Of a DNA stretch of 63,328 nt, positions 37,166 to 45,794 are shown in pieces. The notes beneath the pieces were generated by a model. That model was not told where the DNA came from. It saw only the letters and a program-made list of their open reading frames with translations, and searched no databases. This stretch comes from Candidatus Desantisbacteria bacterium CG1_02_38_46 (lineage in GTDB: Bacteria > Desantisbacteria > UBA1551 > UBA1559). Within the stretch, counting starts at the first letter, position 1. Every line of letters begins with the position of its first letter. Made by a program: the position numbers and the translations under genes. The DNA lies in the NCBI GenBank assembly GCA_001871015.1, contig MNUO01000005.1, forward strand, positions 1 to 63,328, given 5' to 3'.

Positions 37166-38390
37166 ATGGAAAACAATAAATTTTTCAGGAGGAACTTTAC
37201 TCTTAATATTCTTTGGGAGGCGACCTGGGGTCTGGGTTCAGGATTTGTTGTTCCTGCGACTATTCTTGTTATTTTCCTTACTCATTTTACTTCTTCAAAA
37301 ATGGTCATAGGATTACTTTTTACTATTCCTGTAATAAGTAGTGCAATTGCTCCCATTTTTTCTGCTTATTACTGGTCGCCTCACCCTTAAGAAAAAGATA
37401 TTACTATATTTGCATTTGGCCTATCTCGCTTGTTGGCTGGCGCTTGCAATATTTGCTTTCTTTTCTGCAAGGCTTAATCCGAGGTATGCACTTTTTATAT
37501 TTTTCTTTTTTTATGGATTGTCGAGTTTCATTATTGGAATAATTATTCCTCCATACTTTGATTATATTGGGAAAGTAATACCCAGGAATCGCGGAATTTA
37601 TTTTGGCATTGCTTTATCATCCAGCGCTGGATTGGCTATCATCGGTGCTTTGTTAGCGAGTCGAGCCCTCGATAATTTTTCATTTCCAGCCAGCTACGCA
37701 GTGTGCTTCTCAGCTTCTTTCTTAATACAATTTTTATCATTAATATTTTTTATTTTTAACGTTGAACATGATAATTCAGCGGGTTCATCGTTAACTGATG
37801 CGAGATTTAAATTTAGCAGTTATCTGCATACTCTTTTTAGGATTTTAAAAGAAGATAAAAGTTATTTTAATTTACTCCTTGTGCAAATAATTATTAGCTT
37901 TGGAGCAATGTCTTATTCTTTTTATACAGTATATGCAAACTCCATATTAAGTCTTAGTGGTAATCTTTTGGGGCGCCTGACAATCATGCTTGTCCTGGGA
38001 CAAGTTGTTGCCGGCATTATTCTTGGAGTTGTAGGTGATATTCAAGGACACCGCTTTTCTTTGGGTATTGCAATTCTGTGTGGGATTGGTTCAGCAATCA
38101 TAGCAATTTTTGGAAGATCAATTGGTTCCTTCCAGGCAATTTTCTTTCTTGCAGGTATTTCATTAACATCAAGCTATATTGAAATCACTAATTTAACATT
38201 AGAGGTGGCAACTATTGATGAGAGGTCTTCATATGCTGCATTGAATTCAACCCTTGTAGGACCTTTTGCTGCAATTGCTCCGTTGTTAGGAGGAATTCTT
38301 ATTTGCAATATTTCCTACACTTTCGTATTTGGACTTACTGCAGTCGTGCTGATTATAGGTTTCCTGATGGTGTTGTTTTTAAAGTGGTAA
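37166..38390 (+). pseudogene. MFS-type transporter interrupted by a frameshift at a T6 run
   Basis: ORFs 37166-37390 and 37341-38390 are both polytopic and contiguous. Shifting frame at TTTTTT (37356-37361) joins ...SSAIAPIF to LLITGRLTLKKK. Confidence 0.6.
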
Positions 38391-38400
38391 AAGGATAAAA

Positions 38401-40203
38401 ATGGAGAAAAAAAGAAAAATTTTGATTGCTATTTCTGTTATTTGCTCGAGCTGCATTGCAGCATATTTAATTTATAATTTAGCTGGTGGTGGTCCCCGTG
38501 CATATCTGAGAAAAGCAGATGCACTGCTGAAGGAAAAGCGATACGAGGAAGCAATCAATTTCTATAACCTCGCCCTGGAGAAAAAACCTAAATTTCCTGA
38601 AGCTCTTATTGGTATAGGGTCTGCCATTGATGCTATTGGCAGGCCCAGGGAAGCAATTAATTACTTTGATGAAGCAATCGAGATTAATCCAGGACTTGCA
38701 AAAGCGTGGAATTATAAAGGAAGTGCTCTGTACAGTCTTGGAAAATTGAATGAATCACTCCAGTGTTATGAAGAGGCATTGCGAATTGACCCTAAATATG
38801 GCAGCCCATGGGCAAACAAGGCTTCAATTCTAAGGGTACTTAAAAAATATGATGAGGCAAAAATATGTCTTGACAATTATATCAGACTTAAGGCAAATAG
38901 ACTGAAATTTGAAATTACCGTACTATCAATAGAAGAAACCATTAAAAGAATTTCGCCCTTAATTGAAAGGGTGACAGGACTTCATTACAAAAAAGAGGTG
39001 AAGGTTAAATTTATTGCTCCTCACGAGATGGAGGAACTTGCAAAAAGAGATTTGCTCAGGCAATCACTGTCCGAACTCTATTCTGCTGTTATTTTCACAA
39101 GATATGATGTTACGGACAAAATTCTTTATATTGTGCCGGATAATTTCCAGATGGATATTGTATTGTTGAAGATTGGCAAATCAAGAATTAAGCCACTTTT
39201 AGATTTGCTGGTGGGGCATGAATTGGTGCACGCCCTTCAAGACCAGCACTTCAATATTGGAACAAAAATGCTGACAATTAAGGATGTTGAGGAAAAACAA
39301 ATTTTTGATTGTATAATGGAGGGACATGCAGTTTCTACAATTGAGCAGGTTTCAGAGAAGATGGGGCTGAGTAAGGACATCGCTAGATTGAGTGCAAGGG
39401 TTTCAGCAGGAGATTTTCGTGAGAACTCTCCATTTGATAGGATGGCAACACAATATGTCACTTCTTTGTTCAACCAGACTTATTTAAAAGGTGCAGCGTT
39501 TGTCAGATTTATTCATGCAAAAGAGGGCAACCAGGGCATTGCGAGGTTGTTCAACAATCTTCCAAAAAAGTTGTCCATCGTAGTGCGGCCGCAGACTTAT
39601 TACGAGAAACTTCCAAAGGAAATAGATTATTCAAAGGTGTTTGGTGTAATTGAAAATGTAATACCGGATACAGGCTGGCAGAAACATGGTATGCCACTGC
39701 AGGAAATTTCACTCAGGAGTGGACTGTCAGCATGGGTATCTTCAAAGAAACTTGAAGAAGCTCTTGCCGGTTTTGAAGAGGGTTTTCTGCTCACATTTAT
39801 GAAGGGAGGGGAATCATTAATTTCCGCAGCGATTATCAGGTTTGGGAGCAATAAAGAAACAGATAATTTTTTTGAAGTTAATAATGGATCAGTGAAGAGC
39901 CAGTGGAATATGATTAAAAGGTCCCCGGGCATGAGTATTACAATCCTGCAGAACAAAAAATTTTCAATACTTCTGGCAAGAAAAGCAATTATAAAAGAAG
40001 CTGAGATTATGCGGTCTTCCGGCCAGAAAATGCACACATTGAATATTATTGCGGCATTTGAAAATTTTATCATTGATATTTCTTTCATAAACTGCAAAAT
40101 TGACGAAGCGGGTACCCACGAAGTGGGTGCAAAGAAAGTTATTTCCAGGATTTTAGAAAAATTAAATCAGGAATTAAAGGAGAAAAAAGGTATCAGGTCT
40201 TGA
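38401..40203 (+). CDS. TPR-repeat protein with C-terminal HExxH putative metallopeptidase region
   Basis: N-terminal membrane helix, TPR-like repeats (residues ~40-170), HELVHALQDQH motif. The stop codon lies inside a family-B hairpin. Confidence 0.5.
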   Translation: MEKKRKILIAISVICSSCIAAYLIYNLAGGGPRAYLRKADALLKEKRYEEAINFYNLALEKKPKFPEALIGIGSAIDAIGRPREAINYFDEAIEINPGLAKAWNYKGSALYSLGKLNESLQCYEEALRIDPKYGSPWANKASILRVLKKYDEAKICLDNYIRLKANRLKFEITVLSIEETIKRISPLIERVTGLHYKKEVKVKFIAPHEMEELAKRDLLRQSLSELYSAVIFTRYDVTDKILYIVPDNFQMDIVLLKIGKSRIKPLLDLLVGHELVHALQDQHFNIGTKMLTIKDVEEKQIFDCIMEGHAVSTIEQVSEKMGLSKDIARLSARVSAGDFRENSPFDRMATQYVTSLFNQTYLKGAAFVRFIHAKEGNQGIARLFNNLPKKLSIVVRPQTYYEKLPKEIDYSKVFGVIENVIPDTGWQKHGMPLQEISLRSGLSAWVSSKKLEEALAGFEEGFLLTFMKGGESLISAAIIRFGSNKETDNFFEVNNGSVKSQWNMIKRSPGMSITILQNKKFSILLARKAIIKEAEIMRSSGQKMHTLNIIAAFENFIIDISFINCKIDEAGTHEVGAKKVISRILEKLNQELKEKKGIRS

Positions 40204-40223
40204 ATTGTGACAAGACCTGGCAC
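40189..40223. repeat. Short family-B hairpin GGTATCAGGTCTTG-AATTGTGA-CAAGACCTGGCAC
   Basis: 9-bp stem CAGGTCTTG/CAAGACCTG (40194-40202 / 40211-40219). Overlaps the TGA at 40201-40203. Confidence 0.85.
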
Positions 40224-40236
40224 ATGGAGAATTGGC

Positions 40237-40635
40237 ATGAAAAGAGATAAAATTATTTTGAAGGGAATGACTTTTTATGGTTATCATGGCGTATCCAAAG
40301 CGGAGAGAAAAACAGGTCAGAGATTCTACATGGACATAGAGATGACCCTGGATTTGGGAGAGGCAGGCAAGACAGATAAATTATCAAAGACTATTGACTA
40401 CACGCAGGTTTACTCTCTTATAAAAGAAATACAATCTAAGAAGAAATATCATCTTATGGAATCACTGGCTGAGGATATTGCAAATGCTGCACTTGATAAG
40501 TTTGACAGATTAAACGAAGTTACTGTAAAAGTAAGGAAGCCCCACGCGCCAATTGGGGGGTTGATGGAATATGTAGAAGTGGAGATTAATAGATTGAAAA
40601 AGCAGCAAGAACCGTGGCGCTCGAGAGTGAGATAA
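40237..40635 (+). CDS. folB: Dihydroneopterin aldolase
   Basis: IILKGMTFYGYHGVSKAERKTGQRFYMDIEM and DYTQVY motifs. The ORF opens at 40207 inside the repeat; ATG 40237 chosen. Confidence 0.85.
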   Translation: MKRDKIILKGMTFYGYHGVSKAERKTGQRFYMDIEMTLDLGEAGKTDKLSKTIDYTQVYSLIKEIQSKKKYHLMESLAEDIANAALDKFDRLNEVTVKVRKPHAPIGGLMEYVEVEINRLKKQQEPWRSRVR

Positions 40636-40642
40636 AATACCG

Positions 40643-40665
40643 TGTAGTGGTCGAGCTTGCTCGAC
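40643..40665. repeat. Solo family-C unit
   Basis: TGTAGTGGTCGAGCTTGCTCGAC lies between the folB stop and the fhs ribosome-binding site (GAGGAGG). Confidence 0.9.
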
Positions 40666-40681
40666 ATACAGAGGAGGCAAG

Positions 40682-42376
40682 GTGCTAAGTGATCTGGAAA
40701 TAGCCCAAAGGGCAAAGATGAAACCGGTGTTGGAGATTGCAAGAGATATTGGAATTGAGGAAGATGAGCTGGAATTGTATGGCAAGTACAAAGCAAAGGT
40801 AACGCTTGAAATCTTGAAAAGATTGGAGAGTAAACCTCAGGGCAAGTATATTGATGTGACTGCGATTACTCCAACTCCTTTGGGAGAGGGGAAAACTGTC
40901 ACAACGATTGGTCTGTCTCAGGGTTTGAATAAAATTGGTAAGAAAGTTATTACGACCATCAGACAGCCATCTCTGGGTCCTGTTTTCGGGATAAAAGGAG
41001 GGGCAGCAGGAGGTGGCTATTCCCAGGTTCTGCCAATGGAGGATTTTAACCTTCATCTAACAGGCGATACTCATGCAGTAAGCCTTGCACACAATCTCTG
41101 TGCTGCATTTCTCGACAACTCAGTTTTAAAAGGCAACAAGTTAAATATTGACCCATTAAGTATCACATGGCGGCGCATCATTGATGTGAGCGACAGGTTC
41201 TTAAGAAACATTATCGTAGGGCTGGGTGGGAAAGAAGATGGATTTCCCAGACAAACAGGATTTGATATTTCAGTTTCATCAGAGGTAATGGCTATACTTG
41301 CTCTCACTACAGATTTGTTCGATATGCGCAAACGCCTTGGTAGAATTTTACTTGCTGCAACATATGATGGCAAGCCAGTAACTGCTGAAGATATCCAGGT
41401 TGCGGGTTCCATGGCTGTGTTAATGAAAGATGCAATTAAGCCCAATCTTTTGCAGACAACAGAGAATACACCCTGTTTTGTTCATGCAGGTCCATTTGCG
41501 AATATAGCTCATGGTAATTCATCAATAATTGCAGACAGGGTTGGGCTTAAACTTGCAGATTATGTCGTTACTGAAAGCGGTTTTGGTGCAGATTGTGGTA
41601 TGGAAAAGTTTATGAATATCAAATGCCGGTATAGCGGACTTATACCAAACTGTGTAGTAATAGTTTGCACAGTGCGGGCACTGAAGATGCACAGTGGCAA
41701 ATTTCAAGTTATTGCAGGTCGTCCCTTAGATGAAGGATTGGTTAAAGAGAATTTGCAGGTGCTTGATGAAGGAATCTGTAACCTGCAGAGGCAGATTGAA
41801 AATGCAAAATTATTTGGTGTGCCGGTTGTCGTGGCAATAAATAAATTCACCACAGATACAGACAAAGAAATTGAGTTAATCCACAAACGTGCTCTTGAGT
41901 CTGGTGCTGAGGATGCAGTTTTGAGCGAAGTTTGGGAAAAGGGTGGGGAAGGTGGGAAAGAACTTGCAAAAGCAGTTGTAAAGGCATGCGAAAAACACTC
42001 TAAGTTCCAATTCCTTTATCCGCTTGATATTTCCATCAAAGAGAAAATTGAAGCAATAGCCACTAAAATCTACGCAGCCGAAGGTGTTTCTTACGCACCG
42101 CTTGCAGAAGAAAAAATAAAACTCTACACGAAATTTGGTTTTGACAAATTTCCAATATGTATGGCGAAGACTCATCTTTCACTTTCACATGAGCCTTCAT
42201 GGAAAGGCGTGCCGAAGGATTACATCCTTCCAGTCAGGGATATCCGGGCATCAATTGGTGCAGGATTTTTATACCCATTGTGTGGAGAAATGCGCACAAT
42301 GCCAGGACTTCCAACAACTCCAGCAGGTACAAAAGTAGATATTGATAAAGACGGAAAAGTAGTCGGGCTGTTCTAA
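40682..42376 (+). CDS. fhs: Formate--tetrahydrofolate ligase
   Basis: LSDLEIAQ start, TPTPLGEGKTVTTIGL, GPVFGIKGGAAGGGY, THLSLSHEP. Confidence 0.95.
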   Translation: MLSDLEIAQRAKMKPVLEIARDIGIEEDELELYGKYKAKVTLEILKRLESKPQGKYIDVTAITPTPLGEGKTVTTIGLSQGLNKIGKKVITTIRQPSLGPVFGIKGGAAGGGYSQVLPMEDFNLHLTGDTHAVSLAHNLCAAFLDNSVLKGNKLNIDPLSITWRRIIDVSDRFLRNIIVGLGGKEDGFPRQTGFDISVSSEVMAILALTTDLFDMRKRLGRILLAATYDGKPVTAEDIQVAGSMAVLMKDAIKPNLLQTTENTPCFVHAGPFANIAHGNSSIIADRVGLKLADYVVTESGFGADCGMEKFMNIKCRYSGLIPNCVVIVCTVRALKMHSGKFQVIAGRPLDEGLVKENLQVLDEGICNLQRQIENAKLFGVPVVVAINKFTTDTDKEIELIHKRALESGAEDAVLSEVWEKGGEGGKELAKAVVKACEKHSKFQFLYPLDISIKEKIEAIATKIYAAEGVSYAPLAEEKIKLYTKFGFDKFPICMAKTHLSLSHEPSWKGVPKDYILPVRDIRASIGAGFLYPLCGEMRTMPGLPTTPAGTKVDIDKDGKVVGLF

Positions 42377-42382
42377 TTGTAC

Positions 42383-42578
42383 TGTAGTGGTCGAGTTTAC
42401 TCGACTTGTAGTGGTCGAGATTGTTCGACAATTGTAGTGGTCGAGTTTACTCGACTTGTAGTGGTCGAGTTTACTCGACTTGTAGTGGTCGAGCTTGTTC
42501 GACAATTGTAGTGGTCGAGTTTACTCGACTTGTAGTGGTCGAGTTTACTCGACTTGTAGTGGTCGAGTTTACTCGACT
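42383..42578 (+). repeat. Tandem array of 8 family-C hairpin units (24 or 26 nt) plus a partial ninth
   Basis: Units start at 42383, 42407, 42433, 42457, 42481, 42507, 42531 and 42555, all head-to-tail. There are no spacers. Confidence 0.95.
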
Positions 42579-42591
42579 TGTAGAGGTGAAA

Positions 42592-43215
42592 ATGTTGTAT
42601 ATTGAAAGTTCAATTAAAAAGTATCTGGAAGATTTATCAGCAAAATTGCCAGCTCCTGGAGGCGGGAGTGTCGCAGCTCTCGTTGGAGCGCTGGCTGCAG
42701 GCTTGGGTTCAATGGTGTGCAACTTTACCATCGGGAATGAAAAATTTGCATCACAAGAAGAAACTAAAGGAGTGTTGTCGATGGTAGCAGGGTTACAGGA
42801 AGAATTATGTAAATTGGTGGATGAAGATACAAAGGTTTATGGAAAAGTAAATCTTGCATACAGGTTACCTAAGAATACTGAAGAAGAAAAAGTTCGTCGT
42901 GCTCTCGCAATTCAGAAAGCATTGAAGCAAGCAATCCCTGTGCCGATGCGGATTGCTCAGGTTTCTTATCAATTGTTGGAAACTTCACTCCAATTGTTAG
43001 AAATTGGCAATCCAATGTTGATTACTGATACAGGGATGGTAGCAATTCTGGCGTATGCAGCACTTGAAAGTGCGCGTTTGAATGTTGAGATTAACCTGTC
43101 CAGTATAACAGATGAAGAATTTGTTAAGCAAAAGCGAGCAGTATTAAATCCTTTGATGGAAAAGGGCAAAGCAATAAAGGATGAAGTAGTAAAGAAGGTA
43201 GAAGAAAAAATATAA
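42592..43215 (+). CDS. fchA: Cyclodeaminase/cyclohydrolase-family protein (FchA/FTCD C-terminal type)
   Basis: LSAKLPAPGGGSVAALVGALAAGLGSMV signature. ATG 42592 sits behind GAGGTGA. The longer ORF from 42421 merely translates the repeat array. Confidence 0.8.
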   Translation: MLYIESSIKKYLEDLSAKLPAPGGGSVAALVGALAAGLGSMVCNFTIGNEKFASQEETKGVLSMVAGLQEELCKLVDEDTKVYGKVNLAYRLPKNTEEEKVRRALAIQKALKQAIPVPMRIAQVSYQLLETSLQLLEIGNPMLITDTGMVAILAYAALESARLNVEINLSSITDEEFVKQKRAVLNPLMEKGKAIKDEVVKKVEEKI

Positions 43216-43216
43216 T

Positions 43217-43285
43217 GGTGTCAGGTCTTGACATGTAACTCAGGACTTTAGTCCTGATATTTGTCATTTGTCAAGACCTGACACC
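43217..43285 (-). mobile_element. Second copy of the 69-nt MITE-like element, inverted
   Basis: Exact reverse complement of 36915-36983. Sits between the fchA stop and the folD ribosome-binding site. Confidence 0.8.
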
Positions 43286-43301
43286 AGATTGGGAGGGTAG
43301 A

Positions 43302-44162
43302 ATGGCTGCACAGTTATTGGACGGAAATGTTGTTGCACAGGGGATTAAGGATGCTGTTGCAAAGGAGATTGAGGCATTGAAAGCAAGAGGAATCACACCT
43401 AACCTTGCAGCAGTGCAAGTTGGAGACAATCCTGAATCAAAAATGTATATAGGTATGCAGAAGAAGAATTGTGAGTCAATGGGAATAACTTATAATCTGC
43501 GTCCACTGCCAACAGACACAGCTGAATCAGGATTAATTCAGTATATTGAAAAGTTGAATGAAGATAAAAATGTTAATGGCATTATTCTTCAGATGCCTTT
43601 ACCTCAGGGAATTAACCCTCGCAATATTCAAAGGGTTATATCGCCGCGCAAGGATATAGAAGGTGTTAATCCTGCCAATATGGGAATGCTTTTCTATGGG
43701 AGTCAAAAAATAGGTCCCTGCACAGCCCTGTCAGTTATGGAATTATTAAAATCAACCGGAGAAAATCTTAAAGGCAGGGAAGCTGTTGTGGTAGGACACA
43801 GCGAGATTGTAGGAAAACCAGTTGCAATACTGCTTCTTCAATGGCTTATGGATTCTCCCACTGTAACGGTTTGTCATATTGCTACCAGAGACCTTGAACT
43901 TCATGTCCGAAGAGCTGATATTCTCATTTCTGCAGTTGGGAAACCCGGTTTGATAAAAAGTGAATGGATAAAAGAAGGTTCGATAATTGTTTTGGTCGGA
44001 ATAAAGAGAATGCCTGATGGAACTGCTCATGGCGATGTTGATTTTGAACAAGCCTCAGCAAAGGCTTCATGGATTACACCTGTGAAGGGTGGCGTTGGAC
44101 CTGTGACTACCGCGATTCTTTTAAGGAACACGCTTGAAGTTACAAAACGACAGTTGGAATAG
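43302..44162 (+). CDS. folD: Bifunctional methylene-THF dehydrogenase / methenyl-THF cyclohydrolase
   Basis: LDGNVVAQ start, VGDNPESKMY, DIEGVNPANMG, VVGHSEIVGKP, GGVGPVTTAILLRNT. Confidence 0.95.
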   Translation: MAAQLLDGNVVAQGIKDAVAKEIEALKARGITPNLAAVQVGDNPESKMYIGMQKKNCESMGITYNLRPLPTDTAESGLIQYIEKLNEDKNVNGIILQMPLPQGINPRNIQRVISPRKDIEGVNPANMGMLFYGSQKIGPCTALSVMELLKSTGENLKGREAVVVGHSEIVGKPVAILLLQWLMDSPTVTVCHIATRDLELHVRRADILISAVGKPGLIKSEWIKEGSIIVLVGIKRMPDGTAHGDVDFEQASAKASWITPVKGGVGPVTTAILLRNTLEVTKRQLE

Positions 44163-44186
44163 TGACAGCCCCTTAGGAGGAAGATA

Positions 44187-45359
44187 ATGGCTAAAAAAGT
44201 GAATGTAGCTTTAATCGGTTATAAGTTTATGGGAAAGGCGCACAGTCGGGCATATCGGGATGCAGATATGTTTTTCAGTCCAGATGCCCAGCCTGTGCTT
44301 AAAGTTTTATGTGGACGCAACCAGACAGATGTAAAAGCAGCAGCTGCAAAATTTGGCTGGCAGGAATATGAAACATCCTGGGAAAAAGTAGTTGTGCGAG
44401 AGGATATCGATTTAATTGATATTTCCACTCCGCCAGGAATGCACGCGCCAATAGCAATAGCGGCAGCAAAAGCAGGAAAACATATATTCTGTGAAAAGCC
44501 ACTTGCATTAACATTGATAGATGGAAAAGCTATGTTAGACGCAGCAAACAAGGCCGGCGTTAAACACATGATTGGTTTTAATTATCGAAGAGTGCCAGCA
44601 ATTGTACTTGCAAAGAAATTGCTCGAAAAAGGGAAGATTGGAAGAATATACCATTTTCGTGCAGTATATCTACAGGATTGGATTGTTGACCCGGATTTCC
44701 CGCTGAACTGGAGATTGGAAAAAGAACAGGCGGGTTCTGGTGCATTAAGTGACCTCGGTGCACATTTAATTGACCTGTGCCGTTTTCTAATTGGTGAAGA
44801 AGTTGGTGAAATTGAAAGCGTTGTAGGTATTACAGAAACTTTTGTTAAAGAAAGACCCAGGTCAATCACAAGTGATGGAGTTACAAGCGTAACAAAAGCA
44901 GAAGGGAAGGGGAAAGTTACTGTTGACGATGCTGCGATTTTCCTGGCAAGATTTACAAAAGTGGATACTCTTGCTTCTTTTGAAGCAACCCGATTTGCAA
45001 ACGGACACAAGAATACAAATTGCATTGAGATAAACGGAAGTGAAGGAAGCTTAATATTCAACCTTGAGAGATTAAATGAATTGCAGTTTTTCTCAAGGAA
45101 AGACCCTGACTATGCGAGAGGATTTAAAACAATTCTCGTAACAGAACCCAATCATCCTTATATTGCTGGCTGGTGGCCACCAGGGCACACGATCGGCTGG
45201 GAGCATACTTTTGTCCATGAAGTTTATGACCTGATGAATTGTATTGCCAGGAATAAACCAGCTGAACCAAACTTTCTTGACGGATATAAATGTCAGTTAG
45301 TTTTAGATACTGTTGAACGTTCTATCCAGGAAGGAAAGTGGGTTAAAGTTGGGAGTTGA
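44187..45359 (+). CDS. Gfo/Idh/MocA-family oxidoreductase
   Basis: VALIGYKFMGKAHS Rossmann start, HIFCEKPLA (EKP motif), full-length C-terminal domain. Confidence 0.8.
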   Translation: MAKKVNVALIGYKFMGKAHSRAYRDADMFFSPDAQPVLKVLCGRNQTDVKAAAAKFGWQEYETSWEKVVVREDIDLIDISTPPGMHAPIAIAAAKAGKHIFCEKPLALTLIDGKAMLDAANKAGVKHMIGFNYRRVPAIVLAKKLLEKGKIGRIYHFRAVYLQDWIVDPDFPLNWRLEKEQAGSGALSDLGAHLIDLCRFLIGEEVGEIESVVGITETFVKERPRSITSDGVTSVTKAEGKGKVTVDDAAIFLARFTKVDTLASFEATRFANGHKNTNCIEINGSEGSLIFNLERLNELQFFSRKDPDYARGFKTILVTEPNHPYIAGWWPPGHTIGWEHTFVHEVYDLMNCIARNKPAEPNFLDGYKCQLVLDTVERSIQEGKWVKVGS

Positions 45360-45474
45360 AAGTAATGTATTATCTGAAACACGATTTTATCCCTGTGGGA
45401 TACCAGAAAGACCACTTTTTTGCAGGTGTGGACGAAATAATTCTGGACAGATTTTTGAAATGAGAGGTAATATT

Positions 45475-45786
45475 ATGGCCAAAATAGCGATAGCGGAGAA
45501 TGTTATATCTGAAATCTATGAAGCGACTCCTCATTTATTGAAGTTTCCTGAAACAAAAATGTGCATAGATTATGATAAAGAAGCAGATACGCTTTATATT
45601 AGTTTCAGACGACCTCAGAAAGCGACTGAGTCAGTTATGCTAAAAGATAAAGGATTGCTTGTGCGGTATAAAGATAACCAACTCGTTGGAATAACTGTGT
45701 TAGATGCTTCAAAGAAAATACATAGAACAGAAATAAAAATTGAGGAACCGAAGGTCACATATAAAATCCACAAAAGAAAGAAATAG
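45475..45786 (+). CDS. DUF2283-family protein
   Basis: IDYDKEADTLYISF ... QLVGITVLDAS pattern. ATG behind GAGAGG; the ORF opens at 45313 with an implausible extension. Confidence 0.6.
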   Translation: MAKIAIAENVISEIYEATPHLLKFPETKMCIDYDKEADTLYISFRRPQKATESVMLKDKGLLVRYKDNQLVGITVLDASKKIHRTEIKIEEPKVTYKIHKRKK

Positions 45787-45794
45787 GGTGAACT

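Noticed and set aside
40214-40236. Sigma-54 promoter-like CTGGCACATGGAGAATTGGCA upstream of folB. A similar CGGCACACCGACTTGGCA lies at 19890-19907.
   Set aside because: The GG-to-GC spacing is 14 nt and 12 nt respectively, instead of 10. The first is also part of the family-B hairpin arm.
42383-42578. Possible CRISPR array (regular short direct repeats). The same question applies to 33238-33315 and 60347-60448.
   Set aside because: The units abut one another with no unique spacers. The period is only 24-26 nt, no cas genes are present, and the same units occur singly elsewhere. These are tandem hairpin repeats, not CRISPR.
42421-42591. N-terminal 57 aa of ORF 42421-43215 (MFDNCSGRVYSTCSGRVYST...VVVEFTRL...)
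   Set aside because: This is simply a translation of the tandem repeat array. A good Shine-Dalgarno (GAGGTGA) and ATG at 42592 precede the conserved protein start.
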